A stretch of DNA of 64,000 bases from Planctomycetaceae bacterium (GCA_039680605.1 JBDKTA010000014.1:29232-93231); one strand, 5' to 3'. Counted from the first letter of the stretch, positions 46,871 through 56,923 are shown. Numbers and translations are program-made. The notes: generated by a model from the letters alone, not told the origin.

Positions 46871-48793
46871 ATGGACGTTAAAACATTATTGCATCAAAAC
46901 GAAACTAAGGACATGCTGCGGTTGGTGACCGCCGGAAGCGTCGATGACGGCAAAAGCACCCTCATCGGGCGGTTGCTGTACGAGTCCAAGGGCATTTTCG
47001 AAGACCAGCTCTCGGCCGTGCGCAGCGCGTCTGAGCTGGGCGGCTCGGCCGGGGGCGAGTTGGACCTGGCGCTGGTGACCGACGGGCTCAAGTCCGAGCG
47101 CGAGCAGGGCATCACCATCGACGTGGCGTACCGCTACTTCGCCACTCCGCGGCGCAAGTTCATCATCGCCGACACGCCCGGGCACGAGCAGTACACTCGC
47201 AACATGGCCACCGGCGCCTCGACGGCCAATCTGGTGATCATTTTGATCGACGCCGAACACGGCGTGGTGACGCAGTCGAAGCGTCACGCGTTCATCGCGG
47301 CGCTGCTGGGCATTCCGCACTTCGTGGTGGCGATCAACAAGATGGACCTGGTGGGCTACTCGCAGGACGTCTACCGCAAGATCGTCACCGAGTTCACGGA
47401 GTTCGCCGCCAAGCTCGAGGTCAGCGACCTGACGTTCATTCCCGTCAGCGCCCTCAAGGGCGACAACGTCGTCGAGCCCAGCGTAAACATGCCCTGGTAT
47501 AAGGGCTCAGCGCTGCTCAACCACCTCGAGACGGTGCATATCGCCTCCGACCGAAACCTGATCGACCTGCGATTTCCCGTGCAGTACGCCCTGCGCCCCG
47601 ACCGCACGTTCCGCGGGTTCCTGGGCACGGTGGCCTCGGGCACGGTCAAACCCGGCGAGGAGATCATGGTCCTGCCCTCGGGCGTGCGCACGCGCGTCAA
47701 GTCCGTCTTCGGCCCCGGCGGCGTCGAGTTGGCCGAGGCGTTCCCGCCCCTGTCGGTCGGCCTGACGCTCCAGGACGAAGTGGACGTCGGGCGGGGCTCC
47801 ATGATCGTCCACGTGCATAACGTCCCGCACGTCGACCGCACGATTGACGCCATGGTCGTCTGGATGAGCGATCAGCCGATGACCCCGGGCAAGCCCTACA
47901 CCATCAAGCACACCACGCGCCTCGTCGGCGGGACAGTGAGCGAGCTGCGATACCGCGTCGACGTCAACACGCTCCACCGCAGCGACGCGGCCGAGCTGCG
48001 ACTCAACGAGATCGGGCGCTGTCTGATCACGCTGGCCCAGCCGGTGGCCTTCGACGCCTACAACCGCAACCGCGCCACCGGGGCGTTCATCATCATCGAC
48101 CGCGTGACCAACAGCACCGTCGGGGCGGGCATGATCCTCGACCGCCTGCCCAACGAGTTGCTCGTCAACGAACAGAAGAAAGTCTCCGCCCCCGTCAGCA
48201 CGCACGTGCAGACCCACGCCAGCCTGGTTTCTCCCGCCGAGCGAGCCGAAAAGCTCCAGCATCAGCCCGCCACCCTCTGGCTGACCGGTCTGACCGGCGC
48301 CGGCAAGACCACCACCGCCTACGCGCTGGAGCGCCGGCTCTTCGAGGCGGGGGCGGCCTGCGTGGTGATCGACGGCGAGAACGCGCGGATGGGCTTCAGC
48401 AAGGATCTGGGTTTCTCGGCCGACGACCGCAACGAGAACGTCCGCCGCACAGCCGAGATCGCCCGCCTGCTCAACGACAGCGGCCTGATCGTGATCGCGG
48501 CGCTGCTGTCGCCGTATGCGAGCATGCGCGAGACGGCCCGAACGATCATCGGCCCGGAGCGCTTCCTGGAGGTGTTCCTCTCGGCCCCCAAGGACATCTG
48601 CCGCCAGCGCAGCCCCGAGCACCTGTACGACCTGGCCGAAGCCGGCGAGGTCAAACAGTTCTCCGGCGTCAGCGCCCCCTACGAAGCCCCCGACGCGGCG
48701 GACTTGACCCTGCGAACCGACCAACTCGCCACCGACCAGTGCGTCAAGCAGATCGTGGCCATGCTGAAATCCAAAGGCGTGCTGAACAAGTAG
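46871..48793 (+). CDS. cysNC: bifunctional sulfate adenylyltransferase subunit 1 (GTPase) / APS kinase
   Basis: N-terminal GSVDDGKSTLIGRLL G-domain (EF-Tu-like). C-terminal ~200 aa second APS-kinase domain (LWLTGLTGAGKTT...VIDGENARMGFSKDLGFSADDRNENVRR). Confidence 0.85.
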   Translation: MDVKTLLHQNETKDMLRLVTAGSVDDGKSTLIGRLLYESKGIFEDQLSAVRSASELGGSAGGELDLALVTDGLKSEREQGITIDVAYRYFATPRRKFIIADTPGHEQYTRNMATGASTANLVIILIDAEHGVVTQSKRHAFIAALLGIPHFVVAINKMDLVGYSQDVYRKIVTEFTEFAAKLEVSDLTFIPVSALKGDNVVEPSVNMPWYKGSALLNHLETVHIASDRNLIDLRFPVQYALRPDRTFRGFLGTVASGTVKPGEEIMVLPSGVRTRVKSVFGPGGVELAEAFPPLSVGLTLQDEVDVGRGSMIVHVHNVPHVDRTIDAMVVWMSDQPMTPGKPYTIKHTTRLVGGTVSELRYRVDVNTLHRSDAAELRLNEIGRCLITLAQPVAFDAYNRNRATGAFIIIDRVTNSTVGAGMILDRLPNELLVNEQKKVSAPVSTHVQTHASLVSPAERAEKLQHQPATLWLTGLTGAGKTTTAYALERRLFEAGAACVVIDGENARMGFSKDLGFSADDRNENVRRTAEIARLLNDSGLIVIAALLSPYASMRETARTIIGPERFLEVFLSAPKDICRQRSPEHLYDLAEAGEVKQFSGVSAPYEAPDAADLTLRTDQLATDQCVKQIVAMLKSKGVLNK

Positions 48794-48906
48794 TGTTTGG
48801 GTGCCATGGCGGCCGTTATTCAGCCGCCATGCCTTCAGGAAGCATTACCCGTGCGGGGGACGAAAAAGTGCCCCCTATGGCAACTAGTTTATATTGGATG
48901 CCAAAG

Positions 48907-48935
48907 TTGTCCTGTCTCGTTAAGCAACATACAAT
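48907..48935 (+). promoter_or_regulatory. candidate sigma70-type promoter (TTGTCC - 17 bp - TACAAT) with downstream AGGGAG ribosome-binding site
   Basis: -35-like at 48907..48912, 17-nt spacer, -10-like at 48930..48935. Shine-Dalgarno AGGGAG at 48988..48993, 5 nt before the ATG at 48999. Lies in a 205-bp relatively AT-rich gap. Confidence 0.3.
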
Positions 48936-48998
48936 GCCTCCACGAGTATGTAATAGGGACTGAACTGACTTGTCTGGCGGTCTCAGCAGGGAGCGACA

Positions 48999-49580
48999 AT
49001 GCAGGATTGGGGCACAACAACATGCCGCTGCAAGTGTGGCAAAGTCTTTGAACGACCCTCAAGCAAGGCTGGGACGTTGTTCAGTTGCAGCGCATGTGGA
49101 CGCGTTCACAAAACCCCGGGAATTGGACGTCAATTGCAGGCCACAGCGGCCCAACTTGAAATCATACACCGTGCCGTCCAAAGGCATCGCCTCGCACTCA
49201 GGATAGCGCTGCCGCTGTTCGTTATCCTGGTCGCAACGATCGTCTTCAACGCTATGCTGGCTCCTGGGACAACTTTCCAGGGACCACTACTGCTTGCGGT
49301 CAGTCTCTTGGGGGTGGCAAACAGCATAGCCATTATCTTCCTCCTATTATCTGAGCTGCAAGCAATGAGTTGCTTGGGCTATGACAAGGGTACATCATTC
49401 CTTTTGTTCTTGTTTGTTTGGCCAATCTGGCTGGTGCGATCAGCGATCGGCGGTCTGGTACTCCGTTCTTCCTTGAAAAGGCTTAATGCAGCCGGCGCGC
49501 GGCAGCCCACTATCAAGGCCGCGCCCGCTGACGAAGTCGGTACCGCCGCTCAGAAAGCCCTTACTGGTACTGCCTCTTGA
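48999..49580 (+). CDS. hypothetical zinc-ribbon membrane protein
   Basis: N-terminal CxxC...CxxC (CRCKCGK...CSACGRV), then three hydrophobic helices. Good SD and promoter-like elements upstream. Confidence 0.45.
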   Translation: MQDWGTTTCRCKCGKVFERPSSKAGTLFSCSACGRVHKTPGIGRQLQATAAQLEIIHRAVQRHRLALRIALPLFVILVATIVFNAMLAPGTTFQGPLLLAVSLLGVANSIAIIFLLLSELQAMSCLGYDKGTSFLLFLFVWPIWLVRSAIGGLVLRSSLKRLNAAGARQPTIKAAPADEVGTAAQKALTGTAS

Positions 49581-49754
49581 GCCGTTGGTGCGCTTTGACG
49601 ATTTGCGGCTGAATTTTCACCGAAGCTACTCCTCCCTGTTACCGTCAGCTCGTGGCTCCACTTCCCGTCGAACTATTCGATAACGTCGAATAGTTGCCCT
49701 TGGCACCAGTTCCTTTTCATTGTAACTAGCCTCAGTATTCCCGCTTCCAACCGG

Positions 49755-51365
49755 TCACTTGCGCGGTTTGAGCGTGCAGGTGTCGATGAGTTTCCCGTCC
49801 AGGTCGACGGCTTTCATCTCCAGATGGTCGCGTTTGACTTCGAAGAGCACGTAGTGATTTGCGCCGCTGATGGCCTTGGAGCCTTCGACTTCCTTCGTCC
49901 GCAGCGGCCAGCCCAGTCCGCCGGCCTTGCCGGTGATGATCGTGGGCACGCCCTTGCCCGCCGGCGGGACGACGCGCTGGTAGCAGCGGTGGATGTTGCC
50001 GATGGCGGCTGTCACGTTGTACTTGACCAGCAGCGGGTCGATCTTTTCGGCGGTGTACTTTGTGCCGTCCTCGTACCATCGCGTGAAGCTCGTGGGCGAG
50101 CAGCCGGTCACGTGCGAGTTGAGCACCAGCACGTAATCTTCCTTGGCGTCTTTGAGGACATCCTCGAGCCACTTGAGCCCCGCGCCGCTGGAGTCGTGCG
50201 ACTGGCCGAAGGTTTCAACGGCCACGAACCGCACGTTGCCGACGGCGACGGTCCAGTTGGCCCAGTCGGCGTCGTCGGGGGGAAAATAGAACGAGCGGCT
50301 GAAAGTCGCCGGCGACATCATCTCGGTAATGTTGACCGTGGCAAACAGCGGAATGCTCGCAAACGTCGGCTGCGTGATCCGGAAGAAATCGCTGGTCCAC
50401 ATCGCGTCGACGTTGGGGCAGTTCTGGTAGTTGCCCGTGTGGATGAAGACATCCGGGCTCACCTGGCGCACCTTGGCCATGAAGGCCTCGAACTCCTGCG
50501 GGTGGTGGCCGTAGATCATCGTCCCGCCGCCGAGCATGAAGCGGAACCCCACGCCGGTTTTGGGCGTGCGGGCCTCGTACGGTCCGTACTGCTTCGACGC
50601 CCCGCCGGCGGAGACGGTGACGGAGTACTTGAACGCTCGCGTGCCTTTGGGCAGCGGGGCCTTAGCCTTGAGCTGGATGAACGGCCCGAGGGTCTGGGTG
50701 ACCGTGGGCCCCGGCGGATCGGTCGGCGTGACGGCGATGGTGAACTGCGAGGGGATGATCGCCCGGCAGGCCAGGCCGAAGTAGTCCTCGCCGATCATGC
50801 CCAGCACGGGCAGGCGATCGAGCACGGCCCGGTCGGGCGGGATAGTCTCCAGCTCCAGGTCGCACGCGACCGCCCCGGCGGGGTAGTTCTTGTGCCAGAA
50901 ATTGCCCGCCAGTTCGAGCGTGTTGACGCCCTTCTTCAAATCGCCCGCCTCGACGCGCAGGTAGCGGTAGAGCGTGTTTTCATCGTGGTCCAGTTTCGTC
51001 TTCTTGCCGTTGAGGACGATCCGGGTCTCCAGCAGCGTCGGGCTGGAGCCGACGTTGTAGCGGTCGACGCTTTCGGCGTTGCTGAGGGCGAAGCTTCCGG
51101 CGGGGTTGACGCAGCGAATCTTCAGCAGGCCGATTTTGCCCGGATCGTCGATGGTGAACTCGCACTTGGCCGCGTCGCGGCGATTGGGGTCCGGCGCATG
51201 CATCCCGGTGATCGTCGGCGCCGTGCGGCTGTACGTCTGGCCGCCGTCGGTGCTGTAACGCCACTGGGACGGCAAGACGGTTCCTGCCGTGATGTCATCG
51301 CCAGCAAGGGCCGCGCCCGCGGTCAGCAGCAATATGCACAAAGCCAAGCGTTTCACGCCGATCAT
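49755..51365 (-). CDS. exported hypothetical protein (weak calcineurin-like phosphoesterase resemblance)
   Basis: Signal peptide MIGVKRLALCILLLTAGAALA. Start ATG overlaps the stop of the upstream AKR gene (ATGA). No confident domain call. Confidence 0.4.
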   Translation of the reverse strand: MIGVKRLALCILLLTAGAALAGDDITAGTVLPSQWRYSTDGGQTYSRTAPTITGMHAPDPNRRDAAKCEFTIDDPGKIGLLKIRCVNPAGSFALSNAESVDRYNVGSSPTLLETRIVLNGKKTKLDHDENTLYRYLRVEAGDLKKGVNTLELAGNFWHKNYPAGAVACDLELETIPPDRAVLDRLPVLGMIGEDYFGLACRAIIPSQFTIAVTPTDPPGPTVTQTLGPFIQLKAKAPLPKGTRAFKYSVTVSAGGASKQYGPYEARTPKTGVGFRFMLGGGTMIYGHHPQEFEAFMAKVRQVSPDVFIHTGNYQNCPNVDAMWTSDFFRITQPTFASIPLFATVNITEMMSPATFSRSFYFPPDDADWANWTVAVGNVRFVAVETFGQSHDSSGAGLKWLEDVLKDAKEDYVLVLNSHVTGCSPTSFTRWYEDGTKYTAEKIDPLLVKYNVTAAIGNIHRCYQRVVPPAGKGVPTIITGKAGGLGWPLRTKEVEGSKAISGANHYVLFEVKRDHLEMKAVDLDGKLIDTCTLKPRK

Positions 51366-52480
51366 CCTTTGAGCAGTTGGTGGGCTTTTTCCAGTTGAGC
51401 GGGGATATCGATCTTCTGCGGGCATTTCTCGCGGCACTTGCCGCACTCGGTGCAGGCGTCGGCGCGTTTGCCAGGGTCCCACGCCACGCCGATGCCGGCG
51501 TAGCCCTGGCGGGCGATGTCCCACATGCCATACACGTTGCCGGTGTTGAACTTGTCGAAGATCGAGGGAATGTTCACCTCGGCCGGGCAGGGCATGCAGT
51601 AGCGACAGCCCGTGCAGTACAGGTCGGCCAGCTTTTTGAGCCTGGCCATGTGGGCGACGATCGCTTCGCGGTCGGCCGGCGTCAGGGCCACGCCGTCCGA
51701 CGCCGTCGCCACGTTCTCGCGCACCTGCTGAAGCGTGCTCATGCCCGACAGCGCCACCGAGACGTTGGGATTGGCCAGCACAAACCGCAGGGCCAGTTCC
51801 GGCACGCGCTGGATGTTCGGGATCAGCCCCTCGAGCACTTCGCTGGAGGCGCCCAGCCGCCCGCCGGCCACAGGCCCCATCACCACCACGCCGATGCCCT
51901 TGGCGTGCGCGCGGGCGATGCCTTCTTCGTGAGCGCGGTTAAGCATGTTGTACTGCAGCGTGATGACCGACGGATACCCGCTGTCGATGAGCTTCATGAG
52001 GCCGTCGTTGTCGTCGTGGAACGACGCGCAGATGTGCTTGATCAGGCCTTGCTGCTGGGCTTTGAGCATCCAGGCCCCGACGCGCGGCTGCACGTTTTCG
52101 CAGTAGACCTTCCAGTTGATGCCGTGGTGGTTGTAGATGTCGATGCTGTCGACCTGGAGGTTCTTCAGGCTCGTCTCGAGGTGCCCCCACCATTCCTTCT
52201 CATCCTCGCCGTAGTAGTGGTTCTTGGTGGAGACGACCACTTTGTCGCGCCAACCCTTGAGCGCCTCCCCGACGGCGATCTGGCTCTCGCCGCCGTGGTA
52301 GAACACGGCCGTGTCGATGTAATTCACGCCGCCGCGGAACGCTTCGTGAATCATGGCCACCGCCGCCTCGCGGTCGACGTGCTGGGCGTCGCCCTCCTGC
52401 ACGGTGGGCAGGCGCATGCAGCCGATGCCCAGTTGCGAGACCTTCAATCCGGTGCGGCCCAGGGTGCGGTAAATCATCAT
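51362..52480 (-). CDS. aldo/keto reductase with C-terminal 4Fe-4S ferredoxin-like domain
   Basis: AKR N-terminus MIYRTLGRTGLKVSQLGIGCMRL. C-terminal CTGCRYCMPCP...CTECGKCREKCP cysteine clusters. Confidence 0.75.
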   Translation of the reverse strand: MMIYRTLGRTGLKVSQLGIGCMRLPTVQEGDAQHVDREAAVAMIHEAFRGGVNYIDTAVFYHGGESQIAVGEALKGWRDKVVVSTKNHYYGEDEKEWWGHLETSLKNLQVDSIDIYNHHGINWKVYCENVQPRVGAWMLKAQQQGLIKHICASFHDDNDGLMKLIDSGYPSVITLQYNMLNRAHEEGIARAHAKGIGVVVMGPVAGGRLGASSEVLEGLIPNIQRVPELALRFVLANPNVSVALSGMSTLQQVRENVATASDGVALTPADREAIVAHMARLKKLADLYCTGCRYCMPCPAEVNIPSIFDKFNTGNVYGMWDIARQGYAGIGVAWDPGKRADACTECGKCREKCPQKIDIPAQLEKAHQLLKG

Positions 52481-52566
52481 GCTTCCTTTGTGAATGCGTT
52501 AAGCGGCAGGAACCTCTGTCAGGTGGATACTATCCTACTGGCGGCTCAGTACAAGGGCGAATTACA

Positions 52567-55500
52567 ATGGCACCGGTGCGGCATAACTGGGACTATCTGA
52601 TTGTGACGGCCTCGGACGACGCCCAGGCGGCGGCGTGCGAGGCGCAGCTTCGTCATCGCGTGCAATTGGGGCTGCTTGCCGGCGTGGGCGAGGCGCTGGT
52701 GGTGGGCGACCCGATGGGGCGGCGCATCGGCTCGGGCGGAAGCACTATCCGCTGCCTGATGGAATTGCTGGGGCGGCGACTGGGGGCGGCAGCGCCTGAC
52801 CGCACGCGATGGGGCGACGAACTGCGGCGCCTTCGGGTGTTGATCATTCATGGCGGCGGCGACTCCCGCCGCCTGCCGGCATACAGTCCCTGCGGCAAAG
52901 TGTTCGTTCCCGTCCCGGGCGCCTGCGGGGCGGCCCTGCCGGCGGCGCTGCTGGACCGCCAGCTTGCGACGTACCTTGCCCTTGCGCCCGGCGGCAGCGG
53001 CGCGGGACAGTTTGTCATCGCAGCCGGCGACGCGCTGCTGCTGTTCGACCCGGCTTCGGTGCGCCTCGACCGGGCTGGGCTGACCGGTCTGGCCACTCCC
53101 GCCCCGCCGGAACAGGCCGCCCGCCACGGCGTATTCTGCACGCAGGAGGATGCGGCGGTCAGCCTGTACCTCCAGAAACCCACCTGCCAGCAGCAGGCGC
53201 GCTGCGGCGCGATCGGCACTGACGGCCGCACGCTGCTCGACACCGGCTTGATGAGTTTCGACGCCGAGTTCGCCGTCGCGCTTCTGGGGCTGGTCAGCCC
53301 CCAGAGCGGCGCCGACGGAGCGTTGACCTGGAGCGGACCGGTCGCGGCGGCCATCGAATCGTCCGGGCTGGACTTCTATCGCGAGATCTGTTGCGCCCTG
53401 GGAACGCAGACGTCGATCGAGCGGTTGATCGAATCGTCATCCGCCGCCGGCGGCCGCTGCAGCGAAGCGGTGCTGGGCGAGATATTCCAAGCGCTCTCCT
53501 CCATGCCGTTCAGCGCCGAGGTGCTGCCGGAGTGCGGCTTTTTGCATTGGGGAACGACGGGGCAACTGATCTCGAGCGGCCTGGCCCTGCTGTCGCACGA
53601 CGGCCAGCCGACGCCGGACGAACATCGGCTGCTCATTGGCAGCGTGAGCGGCCCGCGCGGGCGCCTCAGCGGCGGACCGGCCTGGATCGAGGGCTGCCGC
53701 ATCGACGACGAGGTGGACCTTGGAGGCGACAACGTCCTCATCGGCGCCGACATCGAGATGCCGCTGCACCTGCCCCCGCAGGCGTGCCTGGACGTGGCCG
53801 CCGGTTCAGACCGTCACGGCAAGGGCGCGTGGTTCGTCCGCTGCTACCATCGGGACGATGACTTCAAATTGCCCGTCGACGACGCGAGGTTCTGCGGCCG
53901 CCCGCTGGCGCAGTGGCTGGCCGCCGTCGGCGCCCGCGAGGCGGACATCCTGGACGCCCGCCTCCAGGGCGCACGGCCTGCTCTGTGGGAGGCGAGGCTC
54001 TTTCCAGCGGGGGCAGTTGCGACGACATGGCGGGACTGGCTGTGGATGCTGCAACCGGAAACGGCCACCTCCCAGCAGAAGCAGGCGTACCTGGAAGCCG
54101 ATCGCTACAGCCTGGCGGAGATGGCGCGGCAGATCGACCCGGGCGCCTTCATAGAGCGGCGCGGTCTGCTGCACATCGAGCAGTTGCGCCGCAGCATCGG
54201 CTGCCTGTTCGACAGCGACGGCACACTCTCCGCGGCGGATCTGATCTTTGCCCTTCGCTGCTGCGACGACTGCACGGGTTGGGTGCTGGACATTCTCGAT
54301 CACGCGCGGCTGCGACAGGCCCAGCGTCAGTCTCCGCCGGGGCTGAACTGGCTGGACTTCAGCCAGGGTCTGCACACGCTGGCGACGGCAGTGGAAGGCC
54401 TTCCCGGCGACGCGTCGGCGCCGATCAATCGCGTGCTTCCGGGGCTGGGCTCGCGTGCCTCGGTCGAGTTGCGGACGTGGCTGGGACAGATGGCCCTGGT
54501 GCCCGACGTGGGCACCAGCGTGCGGGAATGGTCCGCCCGGTTGCGCCGCGTGGCGCTGGACAACCTGGCCGTGACGATCTTATCCGGCCGCACCATGCCT
54601 CCCGCGCCGCGATGCGCCCTGGCCCGCGGGCAGACGGTGCGGGCCCAGGCGCCGGCGCGGCTGGACCTGGCCGGGGGATGGACCGATACGCCCCCCTACT
54701 CGCTCCAGCGCGGCGGGCGGGTGGTCAACGCGGCCGTCATGCTCGACGGGCGGTTACCCATCAGCGTCGAGCTGCGCCTCATCGACGAGCCGGTCGTCAC
54801 GGTTGAATCGCTCGACCAGGGCGCGTCGCTGCGGATCACGACGGTGGAGGAACTGCTGGACTATCGCGACGTGACGGGCGAGTTTTCGCTGGTCAAAGCC
54901 GCCCTGGACTTGAGCGGCTTGTCTCCGCGAGGCCCCCGCGACGGCGGAGCCACGCTGCAGGCGATGCTGGAGGCCTTCGGCGGCGGCATTGAGGTGCGGA
55001 TGCACTCGGCGGTTCCCCGCGGCAGCGGCCTGGGCGCCAGCAGCATCATGGCCGCAGCGTTGCTGGCGGGGCTGGCACAGATGCAGGGGCGGTCGCTGGA
55101 GCGGCGGGACCTGTTCCACCAGGTGCTGTGCCTGGAACAGGCGACGACGGCAGGGGGCGGTTGGCAGGACCAGGTCGGCGGCGGCGTCGAAGGCGTCAAG
55201 CTGATCTCGACGCAGGCCGGTCTGGCCAGCGATCCCCAGATCCGCCCGCTGCCCGGCGACGTGCTCGACCCGCGAAGCAATGGCGGCAGGACGCTGCTGT
55301 ACTACACCGGCATCGCCCGCCTGGCGCGCAACATCCTGCAGGAGGTGGCCGGGGGATGGATGAGTCGCGATCGCCGCGTGGTCGACGCGCTGGAACAGAT
55401 GCCGGCGCTGGCAGCCGCCGTCGCACGGGCGATGGAAGAACGCGACCTTCCGGGCCTGGGGCGGCTGATCGGCCAGGCATGGCGGTTGAACAAGCAATTA

Positions 55501-55776
55501 TGCAGCCACACGAGCAATGACCAGATCGAGGACCTGCTGGCGCGGGTGGAAGAGCACGTGTACGGGGCCAAGCTGCTCGGCGCCGGCGGCGGGGGATTCC
55601 TGCTGATGGTCTGCAAGAGCGCCCAGGACGCCGCGCGGGTGTGCGGCCTGCTGAGCGTGGCACAGCCTTTCCAGGCTGTGGCTTCACAGGCTGGAAAGCC
55701 TGTGCCACCGGATCCCTCCAGGCGATTCTACGATTTCCAGGTCAGCCCCCAGGGACTGACGGTGAGCGTGGTTTGA
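52567..55776 (+). CDS. Fkp-like bifunctional L-fucokinase / sugar-1-phosphate guanylyltransferase homolog
   Basis: N-terminal WDYLIVTASDDAQAAACEAQL (fucokinase-domain start pattern WDxIVxTAxxExQ). C-terminal GHMP-kinase motifs LDLAGGWTDTPPY and PRGSGLGASSIMAAALL. 1069 aa. Confidence 0.65.
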   Translation: MAPVRHNWDYLIVTASDDAQAAACEAQLRHRVQLGLLAGVGEALVVGDPMGRRIGSGGSTIRCLMELLGRRLGAAAPDRTRWGDELRRLRVLIIHGGGDSRRLPAYSPCGKVFVPVPGACGAALPAALLDRQLATYLALAPGGSGAGQFVIAAGDALLLFDPASVRLDRAGLTGLATPAPPEQAARHGVFCTQEDAAVSLYLQKPTCQQQARCGAIGTDGRTLLDTGLMSFDAEFAVALLGLVSPQSGADGALTWSGPVAAAIESSGLDFYREICCALGTQTSIERLIESSSAAGGRCSEAVLGEIFQALSSMPFSAEVLPECGFLHWGTTGQLISSGLALLSHDGQPTPDEHRLLIGSVSGPRGRLSGGPAWIEGCRIDDEVDLGGDNVLIGADIEMPLHLPPQACLDVAAGSDRHGKGAWFVRCYHRDDDFKLPVDDARFCGRPLAQWLAAVGAREADILDARLQGARPALWEARLFPAGAVATTWRDWLWMLQPETATSQQKQAYLEADRYSLAEMARQIDPGAFIERRGLLHIEQLRRSIGCLFDSDGTLSAADLIFALRCCDDCTGWVLDILDHARLRQAQRQSPPGLNWLDFSQGLHTLATAVEGLPGDASAPINRVLPGLGSRASVELRTWLGQMALVPDVGTSVREWSARLRRVALDNLAVTILSGRTMPPAPRCALARGQTVRAQAPARLDLAGGWTDTPPYSLQRGGRVVNAAVMLDGRLPISVELRLIDEPVVTVESLDQGASLRITTVEELLDYRDVTGEFSLVKAALDLSGLSPRGPRDGGATLQAMLEAFGGGIEVRMHSAVPRGSGLGASSIMAAALLAGLAQMQGRSLERRDLFHQVLCLEQATTAGGGWQDQVGGGVEGVKLISTQAGLASDPQIRPLPGDVLDPRSNGGRTLLYYTGIARLARNILQEVAGGWMSRDRRVVDALEQMPALAAAVARAMEERDLPGLGRLIGQAWRLNKQLCSHTSNDQIEDLLARVEEHVYGAKLLGAGGGGFLLMVCKSAQDAARVCGLLSVAQPFQAVASQAGKPVPPDPSRRFYDFQVSPQGLTVSVV

Positions 55777-55867
55777 GCCAAAACCGGCCGGGTGGCATGG
55801 CGACACGCGTTGTTCAGCGGGTCGCCATGCCACCCGTCAATCATCCATCAGCGACCTCAGCGGCTGA

Positions 55868-56923
55868 TTACTCGCTCGTCTGGCCGGGCCAGACCACTTT
55901 GCCTTCGGTGTTGATGTACAGCATCTGATTTTCGCTGGGGTACACTGCGGCCAGGGGGCCCTTGAACGCAGTCACCGCCTCGTACTGCGCCGCCACGGCG
56001 ATGGCGCCGGTCTTGTTGATGAACCCCCACTTGCCCTCGGACATCACCGGCGCCAGGCCCGACGAAAAACTCCCGCACATGGCCAATTCCGGCTTGATGA
56101 CCATCTGCCCGTCGAGGCCGACGAACCCCTTCTTGCCGGCCTGGGTGATCATGGCCAGGCCTTCGGAAAAGGGCTCGGCGCCGTCGAACTGCGGTTTGAT
56201 GGCGTAGGCGCCGGACTTGTTGATATACCCCCATTTTCCCTGCAACATCACGGCCGCCAGGCCTTGGGAAAAACTGCCCGCCTGCTGCACGTTGAGGCGG
56301 ATGATCGTGCGGGACTCTTCATCGATGAATCGCCACTCCTTGCCCAGCATCACCAGCGCCACTCCTTCGGAGAAATCGTTGGCCTGGGAGTAGACGGTGC
56401 GGCTGGGGGACTGGCCGGTCTTGTCGATGTAGTGAAACACCCTTCCCACGCGCACCGGAGCCAACTTGCCGCTGAACGAACCGACGGAGTCAAACTGCGG
56501 GGCGATCACGATCTTGCCCTGGGGGTCGCTGTAGCCCCACTTGCCGCCCATCTGCACCGGCGCCAGGCCGCCCACGAAAGAGCCGCCCTGGTCGAACTTG
56601 GGCGTGATCACCATCCGACCGGCGGAATTGACATACCCCACGCCGGCCTTGATCTGGATCCGCCCGCCCTCCATCGCCCGCACCGGCGCCAGCCCCTGCG
56701 AGAACGGGCCCGCCCAGGCATACTCCAACTTGGCCACCAGTTGCCCCGAGGCGTCGATGTACCCCCACTTGCCGCCCTTCTCGACGGGATAGAGAACCCC
56801 CGCCCCGGCGGCCTCTTCTTCCTGTGCCCAGGCCGAAGCGTTCCACGAGGCCGGCGCCAGGCTCCAGACCAAAACGATGCCCAGACCCGCCGCGACGAAT
56901 CCAATAGCTGAACGCTTACTCAT
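55868..56923 (-). CDS. WG-repeat (KWG) containing exported protein
   Basis: Signal peptide, then ~10 repeats of ...GKWGYID/INKSG... units. Confidence 0.65.
   Translation of the reverse strand: MSKRSAIGFVAAGLGIVLVWSLAPASWNASAWAQEEEAAGAGVLYPVEKGGKWGYIDASGQLVAKLEYAWAGPFSQGLAPVRAMEGGRIQIKAGVGYVNSAGRMVITPKFDQGGSFVGGLAPVQMGGKWGYSDPQGKIVIAPQFDSVGSFSGKLAPVRVGRVFHYIDKTGQSPSRTVYSQANDFSEGVALVMLGKEWRFIDEESRTIIRLNVQQAGSFSQGLAAVMLQGKWGYINKSGAYAIKPQFDGAEPFSEGLAMITQAGKKGFVGLDGQMVIKPELAMCGSFSSGLAPVMSEGKWGFINKTGAIAVAAQYEAVTAFKGPLAAVYPSENQMLYINTEGKVVWPGQTSE

Noticed and set aside
48861-48876. Second small hairpin ggggg-acgaaaaagtg-ccccc after cysNC
   Set aside because: Only a 5-bp homopolymeric G:C stem with an 11-nt loop and no U-tract. 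Too weak to call as a terminator on its own.
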